A stretch of 63,908 nt of DNA, the filler included, from an uncultured Synergistales bacterium (GTDB lineage Bacteria > Synergistota > Synergistia > Synergistales > Aminobacteriaceae): the NCBI GenBank assembly GCA_937897575.1. It is 10 parts of 10 records of this genome, joined end to end, with 100 filler letters (N's around TTAATTAATTAA, not from the genome) between each part and the next. Parts side by side here need not be neighbours in the genome. Positions count along the whole stretch, not along the records: positions 20,343 to 44,523 come from CALCQG010000155.1; 9 more parts are not named here. One strand, given 5' to 3'. This document shows positions 28,768-38,791 of the stretch, in pieces. The translations under genes and the position numbers were made by a program. The notes beneath the pieces were generated by a model. That model did not search any database. It had not been told where the DNA came from and saw nothing but the letters and a program-made list of their open reading frames with translations. Each line of letters begins with the position of its first letter. The stretch's first letter is position 1.

Positions 28768-29565
28768 CTAGCCCTTGGGGTGGAGGAATACCCTCGCCGC
28801 TCCGCCCGGAGTCAGCAGGTCCCGGAGCGTCTGCACCCGGCCGTTTGGGTGTCCCGGGTCCGCTTCGGGCGGGGCGGCGACGTCACCCATGAGCAGGGAG
28901 GCGATGCCCGCCCGGTGCGCTCCGAGGATGTCCGATTCAGGCGTGTCGCCGATCATGACGATGCGTGACCGGGGAACTCCGACGGAGTCGATGGCTGCCT
29001 GGAACATGGGCGGAAAGGGCTTCCCCACGACCACGGGCTCCCTGCCCGACCCCGTCGCCAGTGCGGCGACCACGGCCCCCACACCGGCCATGTCCCCCTC
29101 GAGGGTCGGGTACGTCGAATCGACGTTCGTTGCCACGAAGTCCGCCCCCTTCTTGATGGCAAGGGCGGCGTACCGGACCACGCCGAGGGTCACGGCATCG
29201 TCCCAGCCGACGACCACGGCCTCGCACCCTTCGCCCTCCACCTCGAGGATGCCCGCCTGGGTGATCTCGTCGTGCAGTCCTATCTCGCCGAGGACCCAGG
29301 CCCTCTTTGTGCCTCGCTCCCGCAGATAGTGCGCCGCAGCCCACCCGGCGGTGATCACTTCGCCCACGTCGGCGTCCACGCCGTAGGACGACAGGCGCCG
29401 AGCTATCCGCGCCCTGTCCATGGGATTGTTGGTGAGAAAGCGGACGGCCTTGCCCCGCTCTCTGAGGGCGGTGATCGTCTCCGCCGCGCCGGGCGTGGTC
29501 CGTTTGCCCACGTAGACGACGCCGTCCAGATCGAAGAAGAAGGCGTCAAACAGATCGGCGATCAT
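28768..29565 (-). CDS. HAD-IIA (NagD-like) hydrolase
   Basis: FDLDGVVY, FLTNN, ATNVD, VGKP, MIGDTPESDI; start set at MIADLF. Confidence 0.92.
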   Translation of the reverse strand: MIADLFDAFFFDLDGVVYVGKRTTPGAAETITALRERGKAVRFLTNNPMDRARIARRLSSYGVDADVGEVITAGWAAAHYLRERGTKRAWVLGEIGLHDEITQAGILEVEGEGCEAVVVGWDDAVTLGVVRYAALAIKKGADFVATNVDSTYPTLEGDMAGVGAVVAALATGSGREPVVVGKPFPPMFQAAIDSVGVPRSRIVMIGDTPESDILGAHRAGIASLLMGDVAAPPEADPGHPNGRVQTLRDLLTPGGAARVFLHPKG

Positions 29566-29763
29566 GGCAGCACACTCCGTTACCTGTGATATACGGTGTT
29601 CAACGCAAATGTCGTGTCCGGGGTCCGGCCTCGTTTCCGGAACGACCGGGCCGCGCATTGGCGGAGCGACCTTGCGACCGCACACGACGAGTGCATTGTC
29701 TCACGTTTTTCAGTTCTGTCCAGGAGACGAAACGAAAGTACAGGGAAAGATCGCGCTGGTTTC

Positions 29764-29833
29764 TTGATTTTCTTCCTGCGCTGATGTATGGTATCTGAAA
29801 TCAAAACTACGGTCGACAGTATACCGATATAAT
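29764..29833 (+). promoter_or_regulatory. Putative promoter and GntR-type operator of the catabolic operon
   Basis: TTGATT-17-TATGGT, then imperfect palindrome CGGTCGACAGTATACCG (29810-29826) and TATAAT at 29828. Confidence 0.5.
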
Positions 29834-29900
29834 TATCCGTCGTTGTCCTCGGATATTTCCGTCACGCAGGACAGACGACGAGAAGAGGGGGCAGCGGGAT

Positions 29901-31094
29901 ATGGACAGAGGGGCCTTATCGAACATCACCATACTGGATCTCAGCCGTGTGCTGGCCGGACCGTTCTGCGGGATGATGTTCGCGGACATGGGGGCGACGG
30001 TGATCAAGGTGGAGAACCCCCAGGGAGGGGCGGACGAACGGTCCATGGGACCGTTTCAGAACGGCGAGAGCGCCTACTCCATGAACCTGAACCGAAACAA
30101 GCGCGGGATTACGCTGAACCTGAAGGAAGCAAAGGGGAAGGAGCTGTTCAAACGGCTTGTTGCGAAGGCGGACGTGGTGCTGGAAAACTACCGCCCAGGC
30201 ACGATGGAGAAGCTTGGCCTGGGGTACGACGAGCTGTCGAAGATCAATCCCATGATCGTGTACGGCAGCATCTCGGGGTTCGGCCACACGGGTCCCTACA
30301 GCAAACGTCCCGGATACGACATCATCGCCCAGGCCATGGGCGGGCTCATGAGCACCACGGGCTGGCCCGGCGGTCAGCCGACGCGGACGGGGACGGCCAT
30401 GGGGGATGTCCTCGGCGGTCTCTCCTGCGCCATAGGGGTATTGGCGGCGCTGAACGCCCGTTCAACCGTGGGACGGGGGCAGAAAGTGGACATCGCCCTG
30501 GTGGACTCGGTGGTGGCGAGCCTCGAGATCATCAATATGGTGTACTTCGTGGAGCACAGGATCCCGGAGCGGATAGGGAACCGGTACGAATCGACGTACC
30601 CCTACGACACCTTCCGGACCTCTGACGGCACCATCGTCATTGCGGCGGGGAACAACAAGCTCTGGGAGAGCCTCGCTCACGTGATGAGTCGCGCGGACTT
30701 GCTGGAGGACGCGCGGTTTGCGACGGTGGCGCAGCGGGTCGCGCACCATGAAGCGCTGAAGCCCCTGGTGGAGGAGTGGACCATGAGGTACACGACGCAG
30801 GAGGTCTACGATATGGTGGACGGTGCAGGAGTCCCCTGTGCGCCCATCTACGACATCGCGCAGGTGGCGGCGGACCCGCACATCGCCGGGGCGAGGGAGA
30901 TGTTCGTTGAACATGAGCACCCTGTGGCGGGCAAACTGAAGATCACGGGATCCCACCTCAAGCTGAGCGAGACGCCGGCGACCATCCGGACGCCCGCCCC
31001 TGCCCTGGGGCAGGACAACCAGGCCGTGTACGGCGGGCTCCTGGGCCTCACATCCGAGGAGATAGCGTCCCTCCGGGACGAGGGGGTCTTGTAG
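29901..31094 (+). CDS. CoA-transferase family III (CaiB/BaiF)
   Basis: LDLSRVLAGPF, NRNKR, VLENYRPG, SISGFG, GYD. Confidence 0.95.
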   Translation: MDRGALSNITILDLSRVLAGPFCGMMFADMGATVIKVENPQGGADERSMGPFQNGESAYSMNLNRNKRGITLNLKEAKGKELFKRLVAKADVVLENYRPGTMEKLGLGYDELSKINPMIVYGSISGFGHTGPYSKRPGYDIIAQAMGGLMSTTGWPGGQPTRTGTAMGDVLGGLSCAIGVLAALNARSTVGRGQKVDIALVDSVVASLEIINMVYFVEHRIPERIGNRYESTYPYDTFRTSDGTIVIAAGNNKLWESLAHVMSRADLLEDARFATVAQRVAHHEALKPLVEEWTMRYTTQEVYDMVDGAGVPCAPIYDIAQVAADPHIAGAREMFVEHEHPVAGKLKITGSHLKLSETPATIRTPAPALGQDNQAVYGGLLGLTSEEIASLRDEGVL

Positions 31095-32027
31095 ATGGAC
31101 TTCTCGAGGCTCCCGAAGACGGCGGCCATCCGGGAGGTCTGCCCCCGTGACGGTTTCCAGAGCGTCAAGGAGTTCATCCCGACGGAAAAAAAGCTCGACT
31201 ACATCGAGGCGATGATCGCCGCCGGCCTGGACGAGATGGAGGTCACCTCCTTCGTGAGCCCCAAAGCCATCCCTCAGCTGGCGGACAGCGCCGAGGTCCT
31301 GACGGAGATCCGGAGGCGCCACCCTGAGGTCCGCCTGACGGTCCTCGTGCCGAACCTCAAGGGGGCGGAGCGGGCGGTCGAGAACGGGGCCCGTATCCTG
31401 AACTACGTCTTCTCGGCCAGCGAAAGCCACAACAAGGCCAACATCAACAGGACCGTGGCGGAGTCCCTGAATGAACTGGATAGGATCGTTCCCCTTGCAG
31501 GGAATGGGGTGGAGCTCTCTGTCTCCATCGCCACATCCTTCATGTGCCCCTTCGAGGGGCGGGTATCGCCGGAGAGGGTGGCGGGGTTGGTGGAGGCCGT
31601 CCGTGCCAAAGGCGTCCAGAGCCTCTGCCTCGCCGAGACCATAGGGACCTGCCTGCCGAACGACTTTGCCGAGACGCTGACGGTGGTGCGCCCCCTTCTT
31701 GACGGGATTCCCGCGTACCTGCACATCCACGACACCTACGGATTGGCGCTTGTGAACGTGAAGGCGGCGCTGGACCTTGGATTCAACCGGTTTGACTCGG
31801 CGATCGGCGGTCTCGGCGGTTGTCCCTTCGCGCCCGGCGCGGCGGGAAACGTGGCGACGGAGGATCTGGTGTACTTTCTGGAGGGGCTGGGGGTGGAGAC
31901 GGGGTTGCGGGCGGCGGCGCTCGTCTCCGTAGCCCGGAGGCTGAAGGAGGATGGTTTGGCGACCATGGGGCACCTCGCGGCAAGCAGCTTTGCGAGAGAG
32001 GGGAGAGGAGGGGCCTGCCCGGAGTAA
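31095..32027 (+). CDS. Hydroxymethylglutaryl-CoA lyase-like enzyme (HMGL/DRE-TIM)
   Basis: REVCPRDGFQ, TSFVSPKAIPQ, HIHDTYG, GGLGGCPFAPGAAGNVATEDL. Confidence 0.93.
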   Translation: MDFSRLPKTAAIREVCPRDGFQSVKEFIPTEKKLDYIEAMIAAGLDEMEVTSFVSPKAIPQLADSAEVLTEIRRRHPEVRLTVLVPNLKGAERAVENGARILNYVFSASESHNKANINRTVAESLNELDRIVPLAGNGVELSVSIATSFMCPFEGRVSPERVAGLVEAVRAKGVQSLCLAETIGTCLPNDFAETLTVVRPLLDGIPAYLHIHDTYGLALVNVKAALDLGFNRFDSAIGGLGGCPFAPGAAGNVATEDLVYFLEGLGVETGLRAAALVSVARRLKEDGLATMGHLAASSFAREGRGGACPE

Positions 32028-32102
32028 GTGGTAGATATGGAGCATACAGAGGGAACTACGGCGTTTCTGACCAACGATCACTGTACAGGGGGGAAGAGTA
32101 GG

Positions 32103-33095
32103 ATGAGACAGTTTCGAAAGGTAGCGGTCCTTGCGGCGTTGTTCGTGATGGTATTCAGCGTTGGAGCGTATGCGGCGGAGTACAAGCTCTCGAACCAGCT
32201 GCCGCCGTCCCACCATATTTCCAAGGGAATTCACCTCTTTGCCGACAAGGTGAAGGAGTACTCGGGCGGCAAGACGACGATCAACGTGTTCGACTCGGCC
32301 CAGCTGTACAAGGACACGGAGATCCTCGAGGCCATTCAGGACGGTGTCGTGGAGCTGGGGCTCGTGGCGACGAACAAGTGGGGCGGAATGGTCCCCGCGG
32401 CCGACGTCTTCGACGTGCCCTTCCTCTTCGTCGACCTGTCCTCTCCCGGAGCCTACCTTGACGCCGGGGCCGGAGAGGTCCTCGACAGGGAGTTCGTGAA
32501 GTTCGGCGTGAAAAACGTCTTCTGGGTCGACTACGGGTTTATCCAGATGTGGAACAGCAAGCGCCCGCTCCGTACGCCCGCCGATTTCGTCGGGCTGACT
32601 ATGCGTTCCTACAGCGCCGGTGATTCCGAGACGCTGAAGGCCCTCGGCGCGGCCCCGACGCTCATGAGTTCGTCGGAGATGTACATGGCGCTGCAGCGCC
32701 ACACTGTGGACGGGGCGACGACGGGCATGCCCGCCGGCGTATCGCGCAAGATCTACGAGGTCCAGAAGTATCTGACCATCGCCAACTACGCCACGGCCGA
32801 GTTCGCCATTCAGGCGAACCTCGAGTGGTGGGACGGGCTGGATCAGGAGACGAGGGACCTGCTGCTGAAGGCCGGGAAAGAGGCCGAGCTGTGGATTCGG
32901 GGTGCCATCGCCGACTCCGAGAACGAGGCGGAAAAGACGGTCCGCGACGCCGGGCTCGAGGTCATCACCCTTACGGCCGAAGAGCGGGCTGCACTCGTTG
33001 AGGCGACGAAGGACGTCAAGGGCGGATTCATCAAACGCGCGGGCGATGTCGGCCAGGAGCTCATAAACATCGCGGACAAGCTCTTCAACAAATAA
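32103..33095 (+). CDS. dctP: TRAP transporter substrate-binding protein (DctP family)
   Basis: Signal peptide, FDSAQLY, EMYMALQ..TVDG. Confidence 0.9.
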   Translation: MRQFRKVAVLAALFVMVFSVGAYAAEYKLSNQLPPSHHISKGIHLFADKVKEYSGGKTTINVFDSAQLYKDTEILEAIQDGVVELGLVATNKWGGMVPAADVFDVPFLFVDLSSPGAYLDAGAGEVLDREFVKFGVKNVFWVDYGFIQMWNSKRPLRTPADFVGLTMRSYSAGDSETLKALGAAPTLMSSSEMYMALQRHTVDGATTGMPAGVSRKIYEVQKYLTIANYATAEFAIQANLEWWDGLDQETRDLLLKAGKEAELWIRGAIADSENEAEKTVRDAGLEVITLTAEERAALVEATKDVKGGFIKRAGDVGQELINIADKLFNK

Positions 33096-33109
33096 GAAAC
33101 CGCGGCATG

Positions 33110-33148
33110 CAGTCCCGAGTGACGCCCATGGGACGACACTCGGGACTG
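33110..33148 (+). other. Intercistronic stem-loop between dctP and dctQ
   Basis: CAGTCCCGAGTG...CACTCGGGACTG 12-bp stem, no U-tract. Confidence 0.7.
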
Positions 33149-33178
33149 TCCAAGGGATGAGAATGGAGGCAACGGCAC

Positions 33179-33694
33179 ATGATGAAAGGGATTCGATCCG
33201 TCGTCACGGCAGGCAACTATTTTCTCGGATACGTCAGCGGGCTCGGCATTCTGCTGATGGGCCTTATACTGTGTTACGAAGTAGTCGCACGGTTCCTGTT
33301 CAACGCTCCGACGATATGGGTTCAGGAGGTGGCGGTGTACCTCTTCATGTGGACGATGTTGGCGGGAGCTTCCTATACGCTCATGCTGGGCAAGCACGTC
33401 CGTATCGACCTCGTCTTCGACCGGCTGCCGCCAAAGGTCCAGAGGGCCTTCGACATTGTCAGCAGCATCATCGGCATGGCCTTCTGCGGCCTCGTGTCGG
33501 TGCAGGCCTACGACATGATCGCAGCGAGCATCCGCTATCAGAAGGTCAGTGCGACGATCCTCAGGGTGCCCATGTGGAGCATACAGCTTGCCCTGCTCCT
33601 CGGCTTCGTCCTCTTGACGTTCCAATTTTTCTTCATCCTCCTCGATCGCATAACGGAACCTGAAAACAGAAAGGAAGGCTCCGGACATGACTGA
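33179..33694 (+). CDS. dctQ: TRAP transporter small permease
   Basis: RFLFNAPTIWVQE, HVRID; 4 TM. Confidence 0.9.
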   Translation: MMKGIRSVVTAGNYFLGYVSGLGILLMGLILCYEVVARFLFNAPTIWVQEVAVYLFMWTMLAGASYTLMLGKHVRIDLVFDRLPPKVQRAFDIVSSIIGMAFCGLVSVQAYDMIAASIRYQKVSATILRVPMWSIQLALLLGFVLLTFQFFFILLDRITEPENRKEGSGHD

Positions 33695-34967
33695 TTTTCT
33701 CATCGTCATCTCGCTGCTCCTTGTCATTCTCTGCCTCGGACTCCCCGTGGCCTTTTCCCTGGGCGCGACGTCCGTCCTGTTGATCCTCATCTACTCCCTT
33801 CCGATCAAGGTCGTCGGCGCGACCATGTTCTCGTCCCTTGAGAGCTTCACGACGCTCTCGATCCCCATCTTCGTGCTGATGAGTCAAGTCTTGCTCGACG
33901 GTCGCGTGGGGGACGACCTGTTCAACGTCATGAACGCATGGGTGCGACACCTCCCCGGTGGCCTCGCCATAGGGACCATCCTCGCCTGCGCCTTCTTCGC
34001 CGCCATCACCGGGTCGGGAGCCGCAACGGCGGCCACGATCGGAATGGTCGCCTACCCGGCCATGGTCAGCAGAGGGTATGACAAGAAGTTCACCCTCGGG
34101 CTGCTTGCCGCCGGAGGGACGCTTGGCATCCTCATCCCGCCCAGCATCCCCATGATCATCTACGGGACGGTGACTGAGGACTCCGTCGGGAAGCTCTTCA
34201 TCGCCGGAGTCATCCCGGGGCTTGCCCTGGCGGGACTTTTCATCATCTACGCAGTGTGGAAGAGCAAGAAGGGCGGCTATGTCGCCATGCCGCGGACGAC
34301 CTGGTCGGAGCGCCTCGAGATCACGTCCAAAAACATCCTGGGGATCCTGCTCCCCTTCATCATCATCGGCGGAATATACTCCGGGGCCTTCACCCCGACG
34401 GAGGCGGCGGCCGTCGGCCTTGTCTACAGCCTTGTGCTCACCGTGTTCATCTACCGGACGATCAAGATCACCGACATTCCGAAGATCTGCCTGAAGTCCG
34501 TCCCCACATCCTGCATGATCGCCATCATCATCTGTGCGGCCCTGCTCTTCGGGCGCGTCATGACGCTGCTCCAGATTCCCCAGCAGCTTACGGCGCTGGT
34601 GGTGAAGCACGAGATGTCGGCCATGATGTTCATCATCGTGATGAATCTTCTGATGCTCGTTCTCGGCGCACTGCTGGAGACGGTCTCCATCGTCCTGCTG
34701 ACCATGCCGATCATCACCCCCATCCTTCATGCCCTGGGTGTGGATACCATCTGGTACGGCGTGATCCTGACGGTGAACATGACCATGGCGCTCGTGACAC
34801 CTCCCGTGGGGATGAACCTCTACGTCATCAACGGGCTCTTCCCGGACATCAAGATGGAGGAAGTCATCCGGGGCGTGACGCCCTTCATTATCATAATGCT
34901 GCTGTTCCTCGTCGTGACGATCGCGTTCCCGCAGATGAGCCTCTGGCTGCCTTCAGTCATGCAGTAG
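33687..34967 (+). CDS. dctM: TRAP transporter large permease
   Basis: IPIFVLM, AITGS, GTLGILIPPS, FTPTEAA, TPPVG. Confidence 0.93.
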   Translation: MTDFLIVISLLLVILCLGLPVAFSLGATSVLLILIYSLPIKVVGATMFSSLESFTTLSIPIFVLMSQVLLDGRVGDDLFNVMNAWVRHLPGGLAIGTILACAFFAAITGSGAATAATIGMVAYPAMVSRGYDKKFTLGLLAAGGTLGILIPPSIPMIIYGTVTEDSVGKLFIAGVIPGLALAGLFIIYAVWKSKKGGYVAMPRTTWSERLEITSKNILGILLPFIIIGGIYSGAFTPTEAAAVGLVYSLVLTVFIYRTIKITDIPKICLKSVPTSCMIAIIICAALLFGRVMTLLQIPQQLTALVVKHEMSAMMFIIVMNLLMLVLGALLETVSIVLLTMPIITPILHALGVDTIWYGVILTVNMTMALVTPPVGMNLYVINGLFPDIKMEEVIRGVTPFIIIMLLFLVVTIAFPQMSLWLPSVMQ

Positions 34968-34989
34968 GCCGGGGATGAGGAGCGTTCCG

Positions 34990-35889
34990 ATGACGACGAA
35001 GAAGACGAGAAATGCCGTTCTGCGCGCGCGGATGCGGGAGAAGAATATCTTGATCGCTCCCGGCGCTCATGACGCCCTCTGCGCCACGATCTTTGAACAG
35101 GCCGGGTTCGAGGCCGTCTATATGTCGGGCTTCGCCAATTCGGCGGGGATGATCGGGCGACCCGATGTCGGGCTCATGACCTACAGCGAGATGCTGGGCC
35201 GGGCGACGGCCCTCGCCGATCGCGTCGAGATACCCATCATCGCCGACGGCGACACCGGGTACGGCAACGCGGTCAACGTCTACAGGACGGTGCGAGGGTA
35301 CGAGAAGGCCGGAATATCCTGCATCCAGATCGAGGACCAGGTCGCCCCGAAGAAGTGCGGGCACATGGTCGGCCGCGAGGTGATCGCGGCAGAGGAGATG
35401 GTGGGAAAGATCCACGCGGCGTGCGACGCCAGGCGCGATGACGACTTCATGATAATGGTCCGGACCGATGCCAGGACGACCCACGGCATCGATGCCGCGC
35501 TGGAGCGCGCCTCTCTCTATCAGGAGGCCGGGGCGGATATCCTTTTTGTCGAATCCCCCGAGTCCCTGGACGAGATGCGGCGGATCACGGCCCACTGTAC
35601 CGTCCCCACAGTGGCGAACATGGTCGAATTCGGCCGAACGCCGCTCTACACGGCGGAGGAGCTCCAGGAGCTCGGCTATCGTCTCATGCTCATGCCCGTC
35701 GCGGCCACGTTTCTCATCGCGAAGGCCATTTCCGAGGCGGCGCGGGTCATGCGGACGGAGGGGTCTTCGAAGAGCCTCATGGGGTCCATGCTGTCCATGA
35801 AGGAGTGCACGGACCTCCTTGGGCTCAAGGATGTCCGGGAGATGGAGGCGCGGTACGCTACGGGGCGGGTGCTCCGTGACGGGGTCTGA
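34990..35889 (+). CDS. Isocitrate lyase/PEP mutase family C-C lyase (methylisocitrate/2,3-dimethylmalate lyase-like)
   Basis: PGAHD, DGDTGYG, IEDQVAPKKCGH, RTDA, GADILFVE, NMVEFGRTP. Confidence 0.92.
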   Translation: MTTKKTRNAVLRARMREKNILIAPGAHDALCATIFEQAGFEAVYMSGFANSAGMIGRPDVGLMTYSEMLGRATALADRVEIPIIADGDTGYGNAVNVYRTVRGYEKAGISCIQIEDQVAPKKCGHMVGREVIAAEEMVGKIHAACDARRDDDFMIMVRTDARTTHGIDAALERASLYQEAGADILFVESPESLDEMRRITAHCTVPTVANMVEFGRTPLYTAEELQELGYRLMLMPVAATFLIAKAISEAARVMRTEGSSKSLMGSMLSMKECTDLLGLKDVREMEARYATGRVLRDGV

Positions 35890-35930
35890 AGGCCCTTGCG
35901 ACGGCACGACAGCGGAGGAGGGGGTCTGCG

Positions 35931-36614
35931 ATGGTGATTTCCTTTAAAGTGCCCGAGTCCATCGCCGAAGAGGTGGCGAGCTACCTCAGAAAACATCTGC
36001 TGATCGGCGACAAGTTTCCTCCCGGATCCTTCATCCGGGAGGCCGACGTTGCAGAAGAGCTCGGTGTCAGCCGGTCACCCGTCCGGGAGGCGCTGAAGGA
36101 CCTGGAGGATCACGGCTTGATACGCCTGATTCCCCGGAAGGGAGCCTTCGTCCCGCAGTACAGTGACCAGGATGTGTACGAGATATACAGAGTTCGCGCC
36201 GCGCTCGAGATGCTCGTGTATGAACATGTCGTCGCGTGCCGCCTTCTGAATGCCGAGCATGAACGGTGGCTCAGGAGCCGGGTCGATCTCCTCGGTGAGC
36301 TGGCCCTGTCCGACGACAAGGATGTGGAGGGCGTCCGGATCCGTTTTCTCGAACTGGACAGCGCCTTTCACTTTTATATCCATACCCTGTCCGGCCTGAC
36401 GTGGACGACGGAACTCCTGAAGAAGACCTACTCTCATATCTCTCAGATACGGTATCGCCATATCGCGGGGATCACGCTGCCCTATTTCGTCGAACAGCAT
36501 CTCGCCATCGTGGACAGCCTGCGGAGGGGTGACCTCGACGCCCTGCGGAGCCTGAGCGAGGAGAGCGCCCGAAAGGGGCCGGCGGTGTATCTCGGGAGCA
36601 GAGAACTGTCGTAA
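35931..36614 (+). CDS. GntR family (FCD) transcriptional regulator
   Basis: EADVAEELGVSRSPVREAL wHTH; D..FH and H..I FCD motifs. Confidence 0.93.
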   Translation: MVISFKVPESIAEEVASYLRKHLLIGDKFPPGSFIREADVAEELGVSRSPVREALKDLEDHGLIRLIPRKGAFVPQYSDQDVYEIYRVRAALEMLVYEHVVACRLLNAEHERWLRSRVDLLGELALSDDKDVEGVRIRFLELDSAFHFYIHTLSGLTWTTELLKKTYSHISQIRYRHIAGITLPYFVEQHLAIVDSLRRGDLDALRSLSEESARKGPAVYLGSRELS

Positions 36615-36690
36615 GGCAACAGCGTGGTCCGTGCCGGATGCTGTCCGGTACGGACCATAGAGACATAACGGTGCAAGGAGGGTGATGTGC

Positions 36691-37263
36691 GTGTCGGGTA
36701 CAGTGGAAGTACGGTGGCACGGCCGTGGCGGGCAGGGCGCGAAGACGGGCTCTGCCATCCTGGCTGAAGTGCTTTTCGAGGAGGGGAAGTACGTGCAATC
36801 CTTCCCCGAATACGGGGCGGAGCGCCAGGGGGCGCCGATGAAGGCCTTCAACAGGGTCTCGGACAGGCCGATCCGCAAGCGATGCAGCGTCCAGAACCCC
36901 GATGTGGTGGTGGTCATCGACTCCACCCTTCTGGAGTCCGCCGGGACGACCATGGGGTGCACGGACGGAACGACCTACGTCCTGAACACGCCGCTCTCCC
37001 CGGCGGAGGCGAAACATCGTCTGGGGCTCGGAGCGGACGTGAAGGTGATCACCATCGACGCGACGGCGATCACGCTGGACGAGTTTGGCCAGAACCGGCC
37101 GAACGCCCCCATGCTGGGGACCTTCGCCCATATCTTCACCGACGTCCCCGTGGAGTCCTTCGTCAACCACTTTTCGAAGAAGATGGCCAAGCTCCCCGAG
37201 AAGATCCTGCAGGCAAACCTGCGGGCGATCCGGAGAGGGTACGAGGAGGCGCATGTAGGATGA
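36691..37263 (+). CDS. porC: Pyruvate/2-oxoacid:ferredoxin oxidoreductase gamma subunit
   Basis: EVRWHGRGGQGAKT, FPEYGAERQGAP; start may be 36685 or 36691. Confidence 0.92.
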   Translation: MSGTVEVRWHGRGGQGAKTGSAILAEVLFEEGKYVQSFPEYGAERQGAPMKAFNRVSDRPIRKRCSVQNPDVVVVIDSTLLESAGTTMGCTDGTTYVLNTPLSPAEAKHRLGLGADVKVITIDATAITLDEFGQNRPNAPMLGTFAHIFTDVPVESFVNHFSKKMAKLPEKILQANLRAIRRGYEEAHVG

Positions 37264-37595
37264 CGGACAAGATGAACAGCGCCGCAATGGCGAAGCCAAA
37301 GAAGTGGCGGGACGTGCCCATGGCCGGAGTCGCCTTCGGGGCGACGGCCGAGGCCGTGGAGACGGGACAGTGGCGAAGCATCCGCCCTCTTTGGGACAGC
37401 GAAAAGTGCATATCCTGTCTGATCTGCTGGAACCAGTGCCCCGATCGCGCCGTCACGACGGATGAGTCGGGCAAGGTGACGGGGATCGACGAGTTCTACT
37501 GCAAGGGGTGCGGCATCTGCGCCCACCTCTGCCCGAAGGACGCCATCGAGATGAAGCCCGAGACGGATTTCGCGGCCGCTCGGGGCGACCGGTGA
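37260..37595 (+). CDS. porD: Pyruvate/2-oxoacid:ferredoxin oxidoreductase delta subunit (2x[4Fe-4S])
   Basis: TGQWR..RP, CISCLICWNQCP, YCKGCGICAHLCP. Confidence 0.92.
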   Translation: MTDKMNSAAMAKPKKWRDVPMAGVAFGATAEAVETGQWRSIRPLWDSEKCISCLICWNQCPDRAVTTDESGKVTGIDEFYCKGCGICAHLCPKDAIEMKPETDFAAARGDR

Positions 37596-37609
37596 AGGAG
37601 GCGACGGCT

Positions 37610-38776
37610 ATGTCTCGAAGGGAAATCATATCCGGAAACTGGGCCTTCGCCGAGGCCATGCGCCAGATCAACCCCGACGTGGTGGCCGCGTACCCCATCA
37701 CGCCGTCGACGGACATCCCCATGAAGTTCTCCGAGTTCGTGGCCGACGGCAAGGTGGACACGAACTTCGTCACCGTGGAGAGCGAGCACTCCGCCATTAC
37801 AGCCTGCGTCACTGCTGCGGCTGCGGGGGCTCGGGTCATGACGGCCTCGAGCGCCAACGGCGTCGGCCTGATGCACGAGATCTTCCCCATCGCGGGATTC
37901 TTCCGGTCGCCCATCGTCTTCGGCCTGGTGAACCGGTCCCTCGGCGCGCCGATCAACATCCACTGCGACCACAGCGACAGCATGGGCGAGCGGGACGCGG
38001 GCTGGATTCACCTGTACTGCGAGGACGCCCAGGAGGCCTACGACACGGCCGTCATGGCCGTGCGCCTCGCCGAACACGACAACATCCTGACGCCCGTCTT
38101 CGTCTGCCAGGACGGCTTCATCACGAGCCACGGGTTCGAGCCCGTGGAGATGCTCGACGACGAGACGGTGAAGAGGTTCGTGGGGGAGCGGAACGCCAGG
38201 TACCCCTTGCTTGACGTGAAGAATCCCGTGACCTACGGCTCCTTTGCGTCTACGGAGTACTACTTCGAGATCAAGCGCCAGCAGGTTGAGGCCATGGAGA
38301 ACGCCCTGAAGCTCTACGACGGCGTGGCCCGGGAGTACGAGGCCGTCTCCGGACGATATTACCCGATGCTGGACGCGTATCGGACGGAGGACGCGGAGTT
38401 CGTCGTCGTCGTCATGTCCTCCGCGGCGGGTGTGGTGAAGGATGTGGTCGACGAGCTGAGGGACAAGGGCGTCAAGGCGGGGTGTCTGAGAATCCGCATG
38501 TTCCGCCCCTTCCCCTTCGACGGGGTGGCGAAGGCTCTTTCGCACGCGAAGGCCATCGCCGTGCTCGACCGAAGCCTCAGCCTCGGGGGGACCGCCCCCG
38601 TCGTCTCCGAAGTCCGAAGCGCCCTGTATCGCGCTTCCGCGCTGATTCCCGTCCAGTCCTACGTCTTCGGGCTCGGCGGACGGGACTTCTTCCCCCAGAA
38701 CGCCAGGGACATCTTCACGGACCTGGAGAAGGGGCAGATCGTCGGAGAAGAGCGCTACATCGGCCTTCTCGAGTAG
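37610..38776 (+). CDS. porA: Pyruvate/2-oxoacid:ferredoxin oxidoreductase alpha subunit
   Basis: AAYPITPST, VESEHSA, NIHCDHSD, DGFITSH, FRPFP. Confidence 0.94.
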   Translation: MSRREIISGNWAFAEAMRQINPDVVAAYPITPSTDIPMKFSEFVADGKVDTNFVTVESEHSAITACVTAAAAGARVMTASSANGVGLMHEIFPIAGFFRSPIVFGLVNRSLGAPINIHCDHSDSMGERDAGWIHLYCEDAQEAYDTAVMAVRLAEHDNILTPVFVCQDGFITSHGFEPVEMLDDETVKRFVGERNARYPLLDVKNPVTYGSFASTEYYFEIKRQQVEAMENALKLYDGVAREYEAVSGRYYPMLDAYRTEDAEFVVVVMSSAAGVVKDVVDELRDKGVKAGCLRIRMFRPFPFDGVAKALSHAKAIAVLDRSLSLGGTAPVVSEVRSALYRASALIPVQSYVFGLGGRDFFPQNARDIFTDLEKGQIVGEERYIGLLE

Positions 38777-38791
38777 CAGGAGGTGGAGAGA

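Noticed and set aside
30462..32702. Long antisense ORFs (also 17545-19899, 45150-47234, 52937-54772, 56591-58735)
   Set aside because: They mirror well-supported genes, have no motifs, and are expected at high GC3
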